A stretch of DNA of 64,000 nucleotides from Proteromonas lacertae (Eukaryota), in NCBI GenBank assembly GCA_002245135.1, contig NGBS01000590.1:124001-188000 (forward strand). The letters are read 5' to 3'. The position numbers and the translations under genes are program-made. The notes under the pieces were generated by a model, which was not told the origin of the DNA, did no database searches, and worked only from the letters and a program-made list of their open reading frames with translations. Below, piece by piece: positions 12,722 through 23,832 of the stretch (position 1 is its first letter; every line of letters begins with the position of its first letter).

Positions 12722-15190
12722 TTAAGCCTATTATTAAAATTATTGTATCTACCACCTTTAAAAAGTATAAAAATACTAATATATTTCACTCCATATGAAG
12801 AGATAGAATATAATGAAAATGTAGTATTTGAAATAAGTGGAATAAGTACTCAAACAGTAGAAATAAGAGGAAGAGGATCTCAATTACATTTAGAATTAGT
12901 AGATTTGAGAAAACAAGTAATCAATTTTGGTAAAGTAGAAGTGAATAGTGAGAATAATAAGAGTATAGAAATAATCAATCGTAGTTTATGTACTTACAAT
13001 TTCGAAGTAGTAAATGAATCAAATGAAGGAATGTTTGGTGATATAAACTGTGTAAGTATAAGTCCAAAAGGTGAAATAACAATAAAACCAAAACAAGTGA
13101 TTAGTTTAGATATAAATTTCCATCCAAATCAAAGATTATTAGCATTTGAGAATCATTACAATGTAAAAATCAATGGTGGTGAAGCATTATCATTCTTTAC
13201 AGTAAAAGGAGCTTGTCAAGGTGTAGATGTAGTGATAGAAACCTCGTTATTACAATTTGGAGCAGTGTGTTTAGGTTCATCAGTAACTCGAAAGATCTTA
13301 TTAAGTAATGAAGGTGATAAACGAACCAAATTCCGATGGAATGCAGGTCAATTTGCTCCAAATTTCTCCATAATTCCAGTGGAAGGTACTTTACTACCAA
13401 ATACTCCAATGTCATTAAATATAACGTTTACTCCTCAGAATTTGAGTAATGATATTCGATGTGATAATTTGATTTGTGATATAGAAGGATCAAGTGAACC
13501 ATTGAGATTGACATTATCAGGTTCTTGTGTAGGTCAACCAGAAGCAGGTGATAAAGAATTGAGATTTGAATGTGAAGTTCGAAAAGAGAATAGTCAAATA
13601 ATCAAATTAAGTAATCCAACAAATGATGGTTGGTTTTTACATCCAGCGATTCAAAATGAAGTATTTAGTGGAAATCCTTCAGTAACAGTTCCAGCGAAAG
13701 GTACAGTAGATTATACTGTAATATTCAAACCAACAACTTATAATGGTGATGGAATAAAATTAGATTTATCAGCCAATGCCAGTCGACCTCCATCTGAAGC
13801 AGGAAATCGAAAAGATGGTAAAGGAAAGAAAGGAAAGAAAGAGACAAATGCAGGATTTAATTGGAATAATCCTCATAAAGGAAGTTTATTTATATCTTTA
13901 CCTGATGGAAATACAGTGAATTATAATTTATTAGGAGCTTGTTCTTTACCTCAACCAATGGAAATTCCTTCAAATATTGAATTAGAAACAACATGTAAGA
14001 AATCTTTTGTAATATCCTTACCAGTATATAATTGGATGAAAACAGCTCAAAGATTCAAAGTAGAACTTGGTGATTTACCAAATAATTCAACATTTATAAA
14101 AGTTCCAAATGTAATAAACATTCCAGCTTTAGCTTCAAGAGAATGTCAATTGAATTTCTTAGCTTATAAACCAGGTGCAACAGAAATAATGTTGAGATTT
14201 ATCTGTGAAGAGAGTGGTGAATATTGTTTCTATCAATTCACCATCAATGCAACAAATGCTGATATAATGAATAGTTATGAATTAGTAACTCATGTTCGAC
14301 AAGTAGCAAAACAAACAATAACAATAAATAATCCATTACCTCCAACAGCCATAATCACATCTCCAACTCCATTTTATAAAACGTCCAATCCTTGTGTTCG
14401 ATTATCAGTAAGTAAAGAATTAAGTGGTCATAAAGATGGAAGTTATTCAATCGAATATCGACCATTATTAGCAGGTGAAAGTGAATGTGATGTGACAATA
14501 ATAACAAACGAATTAGGTGAATTTAACTACAAATTGAAACTAAAAGCATTAGAAAGTGGTTATGAAAGAGGATATAATATGTCATGTGGTTTAGGTGGTA
14601 AGATAGTAGAAGAAATCAAATTTACTAGTTATTGTCCAGCAAATACTGAATATAAATGTACAATCGAAGGATGTAAAGATTTTACAGTAGAGAATGTAGT
14701 GAAAGTAAATGGTTCAACAACTTGGGATGGAATTGCATCAATCGCCAAAGTGAGTTATGAACCATGTCAAATAGGTGATGTAAAAGCGATATTAAAAATC
14801 GATTCTCCTCAAGGTGGTTTATATAAATATCAATTATTTGGAAAATGTTTATCACCTCAACCATTAGGTCCATATACAGTAGGAAAAGGCAAACAGATCA
14901 GTGTTCCATTTAAGAATATCTTTTCCACCACCAAAACATTTGATGTTTATTTTGAAAATCCATTATTTACAGGTGGATCAAATAAACAATCCATTCCTGA
15001 AAAGAAAGAAGTTCAATTAGCAGTGAAATATGCAGGAAGTAAAGATGGTAAAGGTGGTAAAGATGTATTAAGTAAGATGATAGTAAGTTGTGAAGATGAT
15101 AATAGTGTAGGTCCTTGGATCTATTATATTCGTGGAGTAGAAACAGAAACAGCCACAGGAGGTGCTAGAAAGTCAAAAACTAGAAAGTAA
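12722..15190 (+). CDS. HYDIN: C-terminal ~820 aa of Hydin, starting mid-domain with no ATG at the start of homology (orphan fragment)
   Basis: FEISGISTQTVEIRGRG, FGAVCLGSSVTRKILLSNEGD, HKGSLFISLPDG, NWMKTAQRF, PQPLGPY and WIYYIRG match the Hydin C-terminus. In-frame TAA at 12719-12721; the first Met is ~100 codons into the homology. Confidence 0.8.
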   Translation, partial: LSLLLKLLYLPPLKSIKILIYFTPYEEIEYNENVVFEISGISTQTVEIRGRGSQLHLELVDLRKQVINFGKVEVNSENNKSIEIINRSLCTYNFEVVNESNEGMFGDINCVSISPKGEITIKPKQVISLDINFHPNQRLLAFENHYNVKINGGEALSFFTVKGACQGVDVVIETSLLQFGAVCLGSSVTRKILLSNEGDKRTKFRWNAGQFAPNFSIIPVEGTLLPNTPMSLNITFTPQNLSNDIRCDNLICDIEGSSEPLRLTLSGSCVGQPEAGDKELRFECEVRKENSQIIKLSNPTNDGWFLHPAIQNEVFSGNPSVTVPAKGTVDYTVIFKPTTYNGDGIKLDLSANASRPPSEAGNRKDGKGKKGKKETNAGFNWNNPHKGSLFISLPDGNTVNYNLLGACSLPQPMEIPSNIELETTCKKSFVISLPVYNWMKTAQRFKVELGDLPNNSTFIKVPNVINIPALASRECQLNFLAYKPGATEIMLRFICEESGEYCFYQFTINATNADIMNSYELVTHVRQVAKQTITINNPLPPTAIITSPTPFYKTSNPCVRLSVSKELSGHKDGSYSIEYRPLLAGESECDVTIITNELGEFNYKLKLKALESGYERGYNMSCGLGGKIVEEIKFTSYCPANTEYKCTIEGCKDFTVENVVKVNGSTTWDGIASIAKVSYEPCQIGDVKAILKIDSPQGGLYKYQLFGKCLSPQPLGPYTVGKGKQISVPFKNIFSTTKTFDVYFENPLFTGGSNKQSIPEKKEVQLAVKYAGSKDGKGGKDVLSKMIVSCEDDNSVGPWIYYIRGVETETATGGARKSKTRK

Positions 15191-15433
15191 AAATTGTTGT
15201 TTAATCCATTATTTATGATTTTATTTTATGAATATTGTATATTTGGGAAAATAACATTTTGTATTAAAAATATCATTTCATAATTGTTTTAATAAAAAGA
15301 AATATCAAAAATAATCGAAAGGTTTATAGTAGTTTGAGAATATACTCACATCTTCTTCTAATTTAATTCATCATTAAAGTGAAATAAGAATCAAATACTA
15401 TACAATACATAAACAATATATATGGAAAGATGA

Positions 15434-17476
15434 TTAATTTTGATGTGAAACTGATAATAATCCAATTGATGTTTTAATTCCACAAACTGAAGCATAAGGA
15501 TATAATGGTGAGAGTAAATCTTTAACAAGTAAAACAGGATATGAATCATTATGACTTATCCAAAATTCTCTTTTATTCATATCAACAATCACTTCATAAA
15601 TTGAACCATCTCCATGATTGTTGAAATTTGGATTTTTATTAACAATTCTTCCAATATGACAATAATCATTAATATCTTGACTTTTACTATTCCATGCATA
15701 ATAATTACATGTTATTGATTGATAATAAATATTAATTGCAGAATATGTATTATCAGTTGATAATCCTAACATTATACTATCATATTCACTTCCATTTTGA
15801 TGAAATTTATATTTGATATGATAAATTCCATTTTCCATTTTCAAATTCAAATAACAATGACGATGATCATAGAATCTATTAGTAATTATTTTCCCATTAT
15901 CTGATACTTCTATTCCATAACCTTTGTTTAATTCTATGAATTTTATATCAACAAATTCTAATGATATTTTGAATTTCTTTTCATTTACAATATTCTTACA
16001 ACTTATTTCATATCCTTTCTTTTCAATTTCTTTTTCTATTTTTCCATGAATTATTCCATTTTCTTTTTTATCATTAAACCATCAGATAATGAAGGATTGA
16101 TTGAAAATTCACATCGATTTCCATCAAATGATGGAATTATTGATATTTCTTCATTTAATCCAAATAAATATTCTAATTGAGGATATGAAAATGATGTGAT
16201 TTCTTTTGTTTTTAATTCTTTCAATAATTCTTTGTCTTTCATTATTTTTATCATTTCTTCTTCTTCTTCAAAACTCAATTTAATTTCTTTTATATATTTG
16301 ATTAATAATTCTTTGGATTTGGAGTTTAGATAATTATCTTCATTCAATATTCTAAAAAGAATTTCTTTTCCACATACTTCTTCTATTATTGAAATATTCT
16401 TTTTATCATCAACAAACAAACATAAACATTTCATTGTTCGATTTCTTTTATTCTCATTATATTCTATACATAATCTTTCCAACATAGTTCTCTTTTCGAT
16501 ATTTGAGATATATTCTATTTAAATATATTTTTAGTATTTATACTTTCCTTTTTCATATTTTTATATTTCATTATCATCAATACTATTTCGGTCATTTTTA
16601 TATTATTCATTTCTAATATACACATTATTTCATCATTCAATTCTTCTTCTTTCATCTTATCCAATATTCCTCTTTCTTCTTCATTAAAGTCTTCTTCTTC
16701 ATTATCTTCATTGTAATTGTTGATTATTACATTTTGAATTCTCTCATCTTTTATTAAATATATTTCTATATGATTTTTACATTCATTTTTCTTTAATTCT
16801 ATTTTCATTTCATTCAACATTTCTTTATTCTCTTTTTCTATCTCTTTCTCTTTTATCTTTTCACAATCAATATCTTCTTCTATCAATTGTCAATCTCTTT
16901 ATTATCATTCTTATTCTTTTGGAATTTATACCATTCTAATAAGCGATTTAATAACCATAACTCATTCACTATTATCACATCTCTCATATTTAATATCTCA
17001 ATCAAATTATTCATTTCTAATCTCAACAAATATTCATTCTTATATAAATATTTATATCCTCGCTTTTCTATTTCCATATTTTTCAATTCTTCTATCTCTC
17101 TCAAACATCCACCAAATACATTACAGATATGAATTAATTTCATTAATACTTCATCATCTATATTATTCTTCACAAATTCATAACAATCATTTATTATCTC
17201 TTTTTCACAATAACATAAACAAAACATCAACACTTCACACACACTCTCTTTACAGATTATCAATTCACCACCACTGTAGTATTTCTCCATCTCATAATAG
17301 CCAATTTCTTCGATTTCTTCATATAACTCCAAAACTCCTACAAACTCACGATCTAACAACAGTTTCTTTACAGTTTCATTTCCATTCACTAAAATTGACT
17401 TGATTGACATTATTCGATTATCTCCAATCTTCACTTCTATATCACCAAAACCACTTTCAGACCAAGTTTTCGACAT
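15434..17476 (-). pseudogene. BTB/POZ + low-complexity K/E/N linker + putative Ig (He_PIG-like) + SPRY/B30.2-like gene with at least two frameshifts (pseudogene or assembly errors)
   Basis: FGDIEVKIG...KSIL...MEKYYSGGELII (BTB); FSINPSLSDGLMI-KENGIIHG (Ig-like); IMLGL...GSIYEVIVDMNKREF...PLYPYASV (SPRY-like). -1 shifts near 16885 and 16064-16069; one 29-nt intron near 16516-16544. Confidence 0.6.
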
Positions 17477-17890
17477 AATCTATCATAAAAATAAATATAA
17501 TATATACCCATCTTCTCTTATGCTTTTATTCACTTTTATTATCATCTTTATGTGAATATAAAACAAAAATAACGAAATTTGATTTTTATCAAAATTTTGA
17601 ATAACCCAAATTTCAAAATGTGATTTAATTCAAGTTGCAGAAGGTAAGATGAAGACAATAATACTATATTCTGATTTTCTAATCATTATTGAAAATCAAA
17701 TAACAGTTATTATAATTACTTTTATTATAAGGTAAGAACATAGAATTATAAATAGCAACAAACATATATAGCAACTAGTTATTATAAGTAGTTATGTGCA
17801 GCTAATGAATAATACCAAATATTGATCTATTAGGATTACTATGAAAGGACTAAATCTTTTTTTCAAATCTTCGTTTTTTCTCAATTTTTG

Positions 17891-20800
17891 ATGGTTACAC
17901 ACGATTTACAGTATTTAAAAACTAAATTACCTGATCAAGTCCGGAATCTTATATATATTTCTCCTCTTGGCAATATATCTGAAGAGAAATTCCAACAATA
18001 TTCACAATTTATTCAGAAAAATGAGTATAAACTACTCTATTAATTTATTCTAGAGAAGTATCATATGTTGAAGCAGATATTGACAAGAAAGTAAGTCATA
18101 CAATGCAAATTTATTACAATTTATCGTCTCCCAAGCTTGCTATAATGCAGTTTAGATTTTTGGTAAATAAAGCTGAATATTTCAGAGTTCATTCCTGTCA
18201 ATATGAGAAATTTCAGGTATATTTCAATTTTGATATTATATTTGATGGTTAGCCATATCTTAAGCCAAGAGCTATTATATTTATTGTAGACACATCAATC
18301 GACAACGATGTTTTTTCAATTATTTCTGAATTTAACGAGTTGAAGAGTTCAGACTCATTTAAAGATGTAGGTAATAAGTATTTATTTTTATTTGGCATGA
18401 ATTCAGATATTAATGAACAGGATAGTAGAATTTTTCAATTTTCTGAAAATGATAATGTGAATAGCATAAGATCTTCCTTTACTAAAATGTATATATTATA
18501 GTAATTATAATAAATAGCGTTCAAAATATATTCTTTGATTTATTAACAATAATTGAAAATATAAATGATTATTTATATGAAGTGGTTGAATATTTGCCTA
18601 TAGAAATAGATCCACCATCCAAATTACCAACAAAACGAGCGGCACATAGAGCGAAGAAGATATTAGGTGATTATGGTTTATTACTTGGATTTAAAGAAGA
18701 TTCATTGGTATTATATAGGAGTGTAATAGAAAGTGCAAAGAAGACTAACGATTATTTATTTTCAGGAAGTGTATGTGAAGGAATTGCTGTTTATAATTAT
18801 GTAAGTAATAATGAAGGTGAAGCTGTGAATCAATTAATGGAAAGTGTGAAGTTTTATATGAAAGTTGGAATTAATATGATATATTTTGGTGTATATCTAT
18901 ATACATTTATATAAATTAATATTAATATAATAGTGTGTGTTTAAAATGATTTATTGTTATATGAATTATTCTGAATATTATTATTTTGATATATTAACAT
19001 TAATTGAAGATACAAGATATAAATATGAAATAGCAAATGAAGTATATAATAATGATATTATATATATATATATATAGATTAAATCAAATAATCATTTCGA
19101 TTTTATCAGTTTTATGTTTGGATGTTGTGATATATTTAATGAATTAAAAGCATATAGAAAACTGTTATTATATTATCACTTAGTATATTTATATGTAATT
19201 ATCATTTTAATAGTTATTTGAATCACTTGATCAAACCTCTAATGAAGCGTTTTTAGTATTATACAATATATTGTATCAATTCTACTTAATAAAGTATAAA
19301 GACTCTATTGTTAATATTGTAATTTGTTAATAGAAAAAGTGAATTAAGAAATGATAGAATCTATATTCCGATATGGAAGGAGTTATTATTGTATTTATAT
19401 GAACAATTTCATCATCTTATACCATCCAATATGATTGATATGTCAATACATGTTTCTTTATATTTATTGAATATTTCAGATAGTTCAGACTTGCAATTAT
19501 CATATGCTGAATATATCAAAGAAAAGAGTGTGTTTATAAGTGAATCAAGTCAAGTATATATATATATGTTATTTTAATGTTGTATAGATGTTTAATGGTT
19601 GTGATTTTATAATAATTAAATCATTTTTACCTCAGCCAGTTCAATCTCCAATCAAAATAGAACAAGTGAATAATAAAGGAAGTAATCCATTTCTTTATAA
19701 TCCATTTGAAAGTAGAATATCAAAAGAGCCATTAAAATGGGTAAAAAATGAGAAGAATACATTAATTATTACACTTTATAACTCATTGAAACTATCAATT
19801 TCAATGTCTAAAATATCTCTTCAAGATGAGAATAATAATTTTCCATTTATTATAGAACCAATTTCGCCAATTACATTATCATCTGAATCTGTATTTATTT
19901 ATTGATTATTATTATTATTATTATTATATAGACTACTACAATCACTTTAACATTAACCCCAACAGTTGAAGGAGTTATAAATATAACACATATTTTAGTA
20001 TAATATATTGTGTATGATTATTTTATTTTATAGATTAAAGTTTTAGGAATTCAAATCTTATGTCCATTACATAAACCATATGAATGTATATATATATAAT
20101 TTATTTGTATGTTGTTAGTAAATGTAACTGAACCTTTGCCATTATTATCACTCATTTCATTGGTTGATACTTCAATAAAACCATTACCAGGTGAATGGTT
20201 AGATTTCAATAACAAATTACAACTTACATCAGGAAATTATCTCATATCGTTGAATATAGTAAGTGATATAAAAACAACAACAACAAAATATCATACAGTT
20301 ATATATGACAGTAAAAACCAAGATAATAATATTAATAAAGATATAAACATAGTTATTGAAAATCCAAAAGATACTGATGGAATTCCAACCCTAATTAAAT
20401 GGAAATATGAAAATTTGTTGAATATTATATCCAATAATGATAGTGAGTGTGATTTGAATTTCAATATTCTATATGGAAGTGAAGAATTGTATAAATTACA
20501 TTATATATTATAGTGAATCTACTTTAACAATATATTATCAAACTGATAAAGTTAAGAGAACCATAACAAATGTAAGTGTTTATAAACCACTACACATTAT
20601 TAAACTTTCATCTTTATCAATCAATGATATAAATGAAATAATACCAAATACAATTCAGAATAATTTTCAACAAACTCAATCAACTACAAAAACATTTTGT
20701 TCTGTTGAGTTAAAAATAGAAAATTTGACTAATCAAAAAATAGAATTATCTCTGAAATCTCCATTAATTTCTGCAGATTCAGTTAGACTTCCAGTATTAC

Positions 20801-21442
20801 TATCACATTCAGCAGTTCTTATATCATTACCTTATGAAAGAAAAGATAGAAAGTTTAACAAAATTTTGAGTTTATATGATTTATATGATAAATCAATTGA
20901 ATTTGATTATATTATAAATGATCATAAATACTCAATAGAGAATTATCAATTTCATATAGATGATATTGAAATATTTAACTTGCAGTTGAATAAACCAATA
21001 CTTGTTAATAGATATAAATTATATAATAAAAAATCAGAAGAAATATCAAATGAAAATGTATTGATATTATATATATATATTATTAATAGACATTAGGAAT
21101 ATATAATATTAAACAGTACGAAACATATAAACTTGAAATACAATTAGAAAATACAGAATTACCATTTGTAATTGACATGTATTTGATTTTCTTTACTTTT
21201 TTTTATTTAGAATTACACCTGAAACTCCACAATTGTTATTACAAGGCAAATCACATGTATATTATATGAATAGAATATTATGTATCTGTATATAATAGAT
21301 TATTGTTGATGATCCAAATGAGATAGTTCAAATGTCATTCATGTGTGTAGAAAAAGCTACATTTTCAATTTATATGCATTACAGTCAGAATAATAATGTT
21401 AGTTGTTGGTTATCTCCTAATATAGAGCTTATATCAGAGTAA
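17891..21442 (+). CDS. TRAPPC9: TRAPP II subunit Trs120/TRAPPC9-like, many introns
   Basis: ISPLGNISEEKFQQY; RAKKILGDYGLLLG...YRSVIESAKKTNDYLFSGSVCEGI; NPFLYNPF...WVKNE...TLYNSLKLSI. Exon structure only partly resolved. Confidence 0.75.
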
Positions 21443-21536
21443 TTTATAGATTTACTGATAATTTGTTATATAAAGGCAATATAGTAATATGCTATACTTA
21501 ACAATATGATTAATTAATTTATCATACTTTGAATGT

Positions 21537-22373
21537 CTATTTAATCCAATATATTGCTTCAGCATATTTACTTTTACCTGGATTTTCATATTCATATATA
21601 ATTGGATTAGTAATACCGTTTTTACTTCTAAATTCATCAACTGCTTTTTTACAGCCTTTATATGAACCATAATCATCAAATTCTATATATCCATTTTTAT
21701 TTAACTTGTCATATGTATTCTCCAATAGAAACATTGTATTAGTGTAACTATCTGCATCAAGTCGAAGATAAGACAATTTTGGAATTTTAGTTTTTGGAAT
21801 TGTATCTTGGAACAAGCCACCAATTAAATTTACTCCATTGCTTAAATTATACACTTCAAACAAAGCTTTTACTTTTTTAACTGAGTTAGATCTCATATAA
21901 TCAGCAAAACCACCAACAACCAAGTTTTTTTCATAGACACCACTAATAGTAGCATTTTTTGGAAATCCACAGAAAGTATCAAACATCCACAGTTCTTTAT
22001 TTGTTACTCCATAAGCATCTAATATACCTTTAGCATACAACATGCTTCCACCTCTCCAATTACCTGCTTCAAGTATATCTCCTTCAATATTATTGTTGAT
22101 AATCTGCTCAACAATATATCTTATATTTTTTAACCTCATATAAGACAACAGAGTGAATTCACTTCTTTTAGCGAAATTGCTGAAAGGACTATTTCCTCCT
22201 ATAATGGAAAATTCGAGATATTGAATTGTTTTTAATATATTCTCCTGATGCAGATTGTTAGAATGTATTTTTGAGCTGTTTAACTGCTTTAACCTACCCC
22301 CTTTTGACATATATAGAGCAATGACTGAAGCAACTACAGTAATAACAACCAAAGCAGTTACTCCTCCAAACAT
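21537..22373 (-). CDS. TylF/MycF/NovP-family sugar O-methyltransferase with N-terminal membrane anchor; intronless
   Basis: GDILEAGNWRGGS, WMFDTFCGFP, GLFQDTIP, LRLDADSY, GYIEFDDYG, GCKKAVDEFR; hydrophobic N-terminus after ATG 22373. Confidence 0.88.
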   Translation of the reverse strand: MFGGVTALVVITVVASVIALYMSKGGRLKQLNSSKIHSNNLHQENILKTIQYLEFSIIGGNSPFSNFAKRSEFTLLSYMRLKNIRYIVEQIINNNIEGDILEAGNWRGGSMLYAKGILDAYGVTNKELWMFDTFCGFPKNATISGVYEKNLVVGGFADYMRSNSVKKVKALFEVYNLSNGVNLIGGLFQDTIPKTKIPKLSYLRLDADSYTNTMFLLENTYDKLNKNGYIEFDDYGSYKGCKKAVDEFRSKNGITNPIIYEYENPGKSKYAEAIYWIK

Positions 22374-22477
22374 GATTTTTTCAAAATCCAAATAGATTCT
22401 AACATAAACTTGGCTTGAAAATTTGTAACTGTCATATTTATATTATTGTCATTTACTCTTGTAATATAAAGAAAATA

Positions 22478-23619
22478 ATGTCCATATTAAAAGAAGCAAA
22501 TAAACTGTCTAAATATCTCAAGATTAGAAAAGTGTATGGTTTATTCATTCATATTCTTTAGTGATTTCACCTCTAGTCAAATGGTAAAGAGATCAATTAA
22601 GAGATTTTTGCTGAAAGCATTGGTAAATCTATTTGGTCTTGAAGTATAAAAGTACATTATTGTTTTTGTAGTTCACTCCACCTTCTGATAAAATATCATT
22701 GCAATATATCATCGATGAAATTAAAAAATACTATCCACAGAAAGATTTGAGCTATATATCAATAAAAGGAATTAGTGAAGGACATGATCAAGATATATAC
22801 AATATATTAACTTTGTTTAAAGAAATAGCAATAGATAGAGGAATTGTATACATCTATATGATAATATATTACATTATAGATTGATAGTGATTCAACTCCT
22901 TCTATTCTTCTCTCCTCATTTTCTTCATCATCATCTTCTAGTAATTCAAAAAGTGGAGATTATGATGAAGGAGCAGATAGTGACAGAGAAAGTTCAATAA
23001 TTCCTGATTCATCAGATGATGTTAGATCAATTTCTAGTTATTCAAGTAGTTCTAGAAATAGTTCTAGTTGTGGTACAATACAAGATGAAACAATGTTAGG
23101 TTTATGTAACAATGAGTATTTATCAAGGATGAGAGGTAAGTATTTAGAGAATTTAGTTTTAACTCATAAGAAATGGAGGGAATGTTCTTTGAATTATTTA
23201 AAATGTAAAAGAGAAGAATTGGAGATGAAAAGAAGAAGAGATAAGAAGGAAATGAGAAAAAATGAGAAAGAAAGATATAATAGAATAAAAGCAAATTGGG
23301 ATATATATCATTTTTTATATTTTTATGTTATTTTAAGTAGATTCATTAATTATAATGTACAACTGAATGGCATAAAGTCCACACAAAGTTACCATCCTAT
23401 ACATTTGAGACTAAAGAGACTAAATTGAGAAGAAATAGAAAAATTAAAGAAATATTGCATGAACTTCATCAAATTGATTTAATTCCTGAACCATATGTTC
23501 CTAATTTCAGTTATCCTAAATATAGTACAGTAGATGATGAGAATGTCAAACCTGAAGAGAAAGATTTGAAACATAAAGAATTACCATTTAAGAAACTTAA
23601 ACAAGTGAGTTACTGGTAA
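22478..23619 (+). CDS. CEP95/DUF5745-like protein with Ser-rich linker; contains an AT-AC intron
   Basis: LQYIIDEI...DLSYISIKGISEGHDQDIYNILTLF resembles the CEP95 N-terminal domain; downstream exons join in frame through the AT-AC intron at 23305-23360. Confidence 0.5.
23305..23360 (+). other. U12-type AT-AC intron (56 nt)
   Basis: Donor ATATCATTTT, branch-like TTCATTAAT 10 nt before a terminal AC. Removal gives phase-2 AT|A and the open frame ANWDITEWHKVHTK; no AG acceptor lies between the last in-frame stop and this point. Confidence 0.75.
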
Positions 23620-23832
23620 ATATATTATTTAATTTTATGTATTTATTGTATTAGCTATTGTTTGAATTGCTTGATGAATTGTTGATAAATAATAGTTTTA
23701 TTGAAATGAAATACGAAATGTTTCATTTTAATAATATCAATTTCATCATAATTATAGTTTTATCACACATTTTTCAAAATGAATTATCAAACCATTATCA
23801 AGTCTTAGAAAATCGTGTTTTTTGTTTTTCTC

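Noticed and set aside
12661..12730. Hairpins upstream of the Hydin fragment as a Helitron or transposon end
   Set aside because: No CTRR terminus, terminal repeats, target-site duplication or transposase is visible.
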